This document shows, piece after piece, positions 61,402-64,000 of a stretch of DNA of 64,000 nucleotides. Below the pieces are notes generated by a model. That model was not told the DNA's origin and did no database searches. It saw only the letters and a program-made list of their open reading frames with translations. A program made the position numbers and the translations under genes. The stretch is from Candidatus Dormiibacterota bacterium (GTDB lineage Bacteria; Chloroflexota; Dormibacteria; Aeolococcales; Aeolococcaceae): NCBI GenBank assembly GCA_963718525.1, contig OY970355.1, positions 2,240,001 to 2,304,000 of the forward strand. The letters are read 5' to 3'. How positions within the stretch are numbered: position 1 is the first letter of the stretch; each line of letters starts with the position of its first letter.

Positions 61402-62898
61402 TCAGGCCTCCGCCTCGACGACACGCGCGCGGTCGAGGCCGTGCGCGGTCTTCTCCCAGAAGAACGGAGAGATCAGCAGTTGCAGGAACGCCCGCAACGC
61501 ACCGACCGATATGAGTATCCAGTACACCGGGGCGAGCACCGCGGCCTTCATGAGCTCAGGCCGACCGGCGGCGCGGATGACGATGAAATCAACATACATC
61601 GCGAGGAAGTTGCCCGCGATCATGGATGCCAGCCCGGGGAAGTACACCCAGGACGGAAAGATGCTCTGGATGAAGGTCGGGTGAAGGAAGAACCACGCGA
61701 GGGTCAGTGCCCAGAACACTGGGTTGAGCAGAGCGGTGAGCGTCGTTGCGCCAACCAGCATGTTGAACCCGCAGAAGCCGCGGCCACCAAGCTCGCGCCA
61801 GAGACGGCGTGGATCACGCATATGCACCAGCCAGGTCTGCGCGTACCCCTTGTACCAGCGCGAGCGCTGCTTGATCCAGTTGATGGCGTCGCTGTTGGCT
61901 TCCTCGTATGTTGTCGAATCGAGAAACTCGGTCCGGTATCCCATCCGGTACAACCGGACGCCGAGGTCACAGTCCTCGGTGACGTTGAACGGATCCCAGC
62001 CGCCGATCTCCTCAAGCACGGAGCGGCGCATGTGCATGGACGTGCCGCCCAACGGTACAGGCGTGGCGCCACCCGCGATCGCCGGCAGGGAGAATCCGAA
62101 CCAGGCCAGGTACTCAATTGCAAACCACGAGGTGAGTAGGTTCTGATGGGGGTTGTGGTACTCGAGCCGTGCCTGGAGGCATGCCACCGGCGGTGCCGCG
62201 CGCGAGAACGCGACCACTGCCCGGCGCAGCTGCAGGGGTTCGGGGCGATCCTCGGCGTCGTAGATGGTGATCAGCTCGCCGCGAGCGCGGAGCAGGCCGA
62301 AGTTGAGCGCCTTCGGCTTGGTGCGCGGCTGACTCGGGGGCACGAGCACGACCTCGACGTTGACGGCCGGATGCGCCGCGAGCACTGCGGAGCGTGTGGC
62401 GTCGTCGTCGGCCTCGAGCAGGAGCTTGATATCGAGCAGGTGCGCCGGATAGTCCAGCCCTGCGAGCGAGCGAAGTGTCCTGGCAATCACCTCGGGTTCG
62501 TGATATGCGGCGATCATCACCGTGTACACGGGCAGCTGATCGTCCGGTATCGCACGCGCTTCCTCGTCCGTCACCGACACGACGTGAGGCGCGTGGATGA
62601 GCCGGCGAAACACGCCCACGTTGCTCGCGAACACCAGGAGGTACACCGCCGCGATGCATCCGGAGAGGGCGATGCCGGTGCCGATCGGCGCAACCAAGAA
62701 GCCGAGGATGCAGGCAGCTAGGATGCCGAGGATGACGAGACCCTGTCTCTGGTTGAGGACGCGGCTCGCAGAGAGTTCGGGATGGCGAAGACGGAGTCCG
62801 TCGACAGCCACTGCAGTCGCCTCATCGGGACTCAGCGTCCCCACAGGCGCGTCCATCGTGCGGCGTGCACCCTTGCGCGGGCGCTTGGTGACTGGCAT
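61402..62898 (-). CDS. Processive GT2 glycosyltransferase
   Basis: AYHE, TKPKALN, YDAED, LGGTS, VTEDCDLG, QRSRW. Confidence 0.92.
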   Translation of the reverse strand: MPVTKRPRKGARRTMDAPVGTLSPDEATAVAVDGLRLRHPELSASRVLNQRQGLVILGILAACILGFLVAPIGTGIALSGCIAAVYLLVFASNVGVFRRLIHAPHVVSVTDEEARAIPDDQLPVYTVMIAAYHEPEVIARTLRSLAGLDYPAHLLDIKLLLEADDDATRSAVLAAHPAVNVEVVLVPPSQPRTKPKALNFGLLRARGELITIYDAEDRPEPLQLRRAVVAFSRAAPPVACLQARLEYHNPHQNLLTSWFAIEYLAWFGFSLPAIAGGATPVPLGGTSMHMRRSVLEEIGGWDPFNVTEDCDLGVRLYRMGYRTEFLDSTTYEEANSDAINWIKQRSRWYKGYAQTWLVHMRDPRRLWRELGGRGFCGFNMLVGATTLTALLNPVFWALTLAWFFLHPTFIQSIFPSWVYFPGLASMIAGNFLAMYVDFIVIRAAGRPELMKAAVLAPVYWILISVGALRAFLQLLISPFFWEKTAHGLDRARVVEAEA

Positions 62899-64000
62899 CA
62901 GTAGTCCGCCGGTCCGGTGGCGGGTGCTTGATGGGCCGCCTGCTTGACGAGCTCTCGGGCCAGGCTGAGAAGGCGCTGCGCATTGGGCTCGTTTGCCGTG
63001 AGGCTGGAGTCGACGCTGAGCACCACCCGCTGGTAGTGCTCACCGCCAGGCACGCTCACGGGCCACTCCCAGTACAGCCCGAGCCAGTAACCGCCGGTCC
63101 CGGGAATGCTGTAGCGCATCACTTTCCCGTTGAGCCCTCCGCCCAGATCCACCGTGCTCGTGTTCGTCAGCGAGTAGTTGTGAAAGTCGTAACAGGCCTC
63201 CAGCCCGTAGGTCGAGAACGTGCCGAGATCTGACGTGCCGATCACGTCGACGGTGATCGCGGCCGGCGGCGCCGCGTTGGCAGGGGTGAAGGTCTCGATG
63301 TCTGCGTAGCGAGTCCAGGTGGCGCCGGTGCCAAAATAGCGCGGCGCCCAGCTGTACGTGGCCTCGTCGGAGAGAGTCCAGCCGCTGACGGGCGAGCTGA
63401 CAACACTGCTCGGCGACAGCCGAGACGGACCGAGGCCGAAGGCGAGCAACTCGAAGCGTGCCATCCCGGCGTTCGCGAACATGGCGACAACGCTCACGAC
63501 GCCAAGCACCGACAGGGGAATCCGCGCCTTGCGCACGGCGAGCGTCTGCGGTGAGCGCGGCTTGGGGTTTGGTCCACGTCGCCGGCGTGCCGTACCGACG
63601 TCCAGGCTCAGATGAAAGTGCGGGAGCCAGAGGAGCATGACAAGGGTCGCCCCGACGATCATGGCCAAGCCGATGAGCGGATGCAGGATGTCGACAGCGA
63701 AGTGCTCGCCCCAGAGCCCGCCCGCCGCCAGGACCAGCAGGATGCGTCCGACGTTCACGACGAACAGGAAGGCCGTTCCTGACACAAGCCAGAGCAGCTT
63801 CAGCCATAGACGGCCGCGCATCAGGATGGTGGCAGCGGCGCCGACGATCAGGAAGCCGAGGCCGCTGTTGATGCCTGAGCAGGCGGAGCTCACCGACACC
63901 GTGAAGCTCTGACTTCGCGCCGCTGGCATGGGAGACCAGGAAGTCCCCATTGGGAGCCACCGACGCTACCGGAATGAGTTGCAGCACCGTCTTGACAGCC
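62898..64000 (-). CDS. Exosortase/archaeosortase-family protein with a C-terminal extracytoplasmic domain (5' end outside the window; frameshift near 63915)
   Basis: VSSACSGI (Cys), NVGRI (Arg), ILHP (His). Confidence 0.8.

Overview
High-GC accessory region. Gene style suggests Actinomycetota or Chloroflexota/Dormibacterota, but taxonomy cannot be fixed from the sequence alone. 1-7.8 kb is an integration hotspot: two 3'-half tRNA-Pro(GGG) att-like junctions with shared flanks, a broken abortive-infection-family gene, and an IS256 element (8-bp TSD) whose transposase is split by a complete IS110. The IS110 left end reads as a bridge RNA. Its donor guides match the element's own circle junction, and its target guides match the IS256 Gly-Ile-Phe-Pro-Asn codons, differing only at synonymous third positions. 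8-41 kb is an envelope/redox region with three ferric-reductase-like electron-transfer modules (two with NuoF-like protein plus ferredoxin, two with ApbE, one with an FMN-binding protein), a family of small single-TM proteins (two with a terminal [ST]GGS), an ECF sigma pair, PspC, HtrA, two P-type ATPases (one P1B-5 with hemerythrin), a two-component system and a transglycosylase. 41-51.7 kb holds SDR/TetR, IS481, a Cys-repeat protein, MFS, an ATPase-LuxR regulator, membrane proteins and a decayed integrase. 51.7-64 kb is a surface-glycan locus: a giant PQQ-propeller/lectin-repeat protein, two GH5-like proteins, GT-C-like, GT2 and an exosortase. All family calls are by motif recognition, not database search. 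Several single-base frameshifts may be assembly errors.
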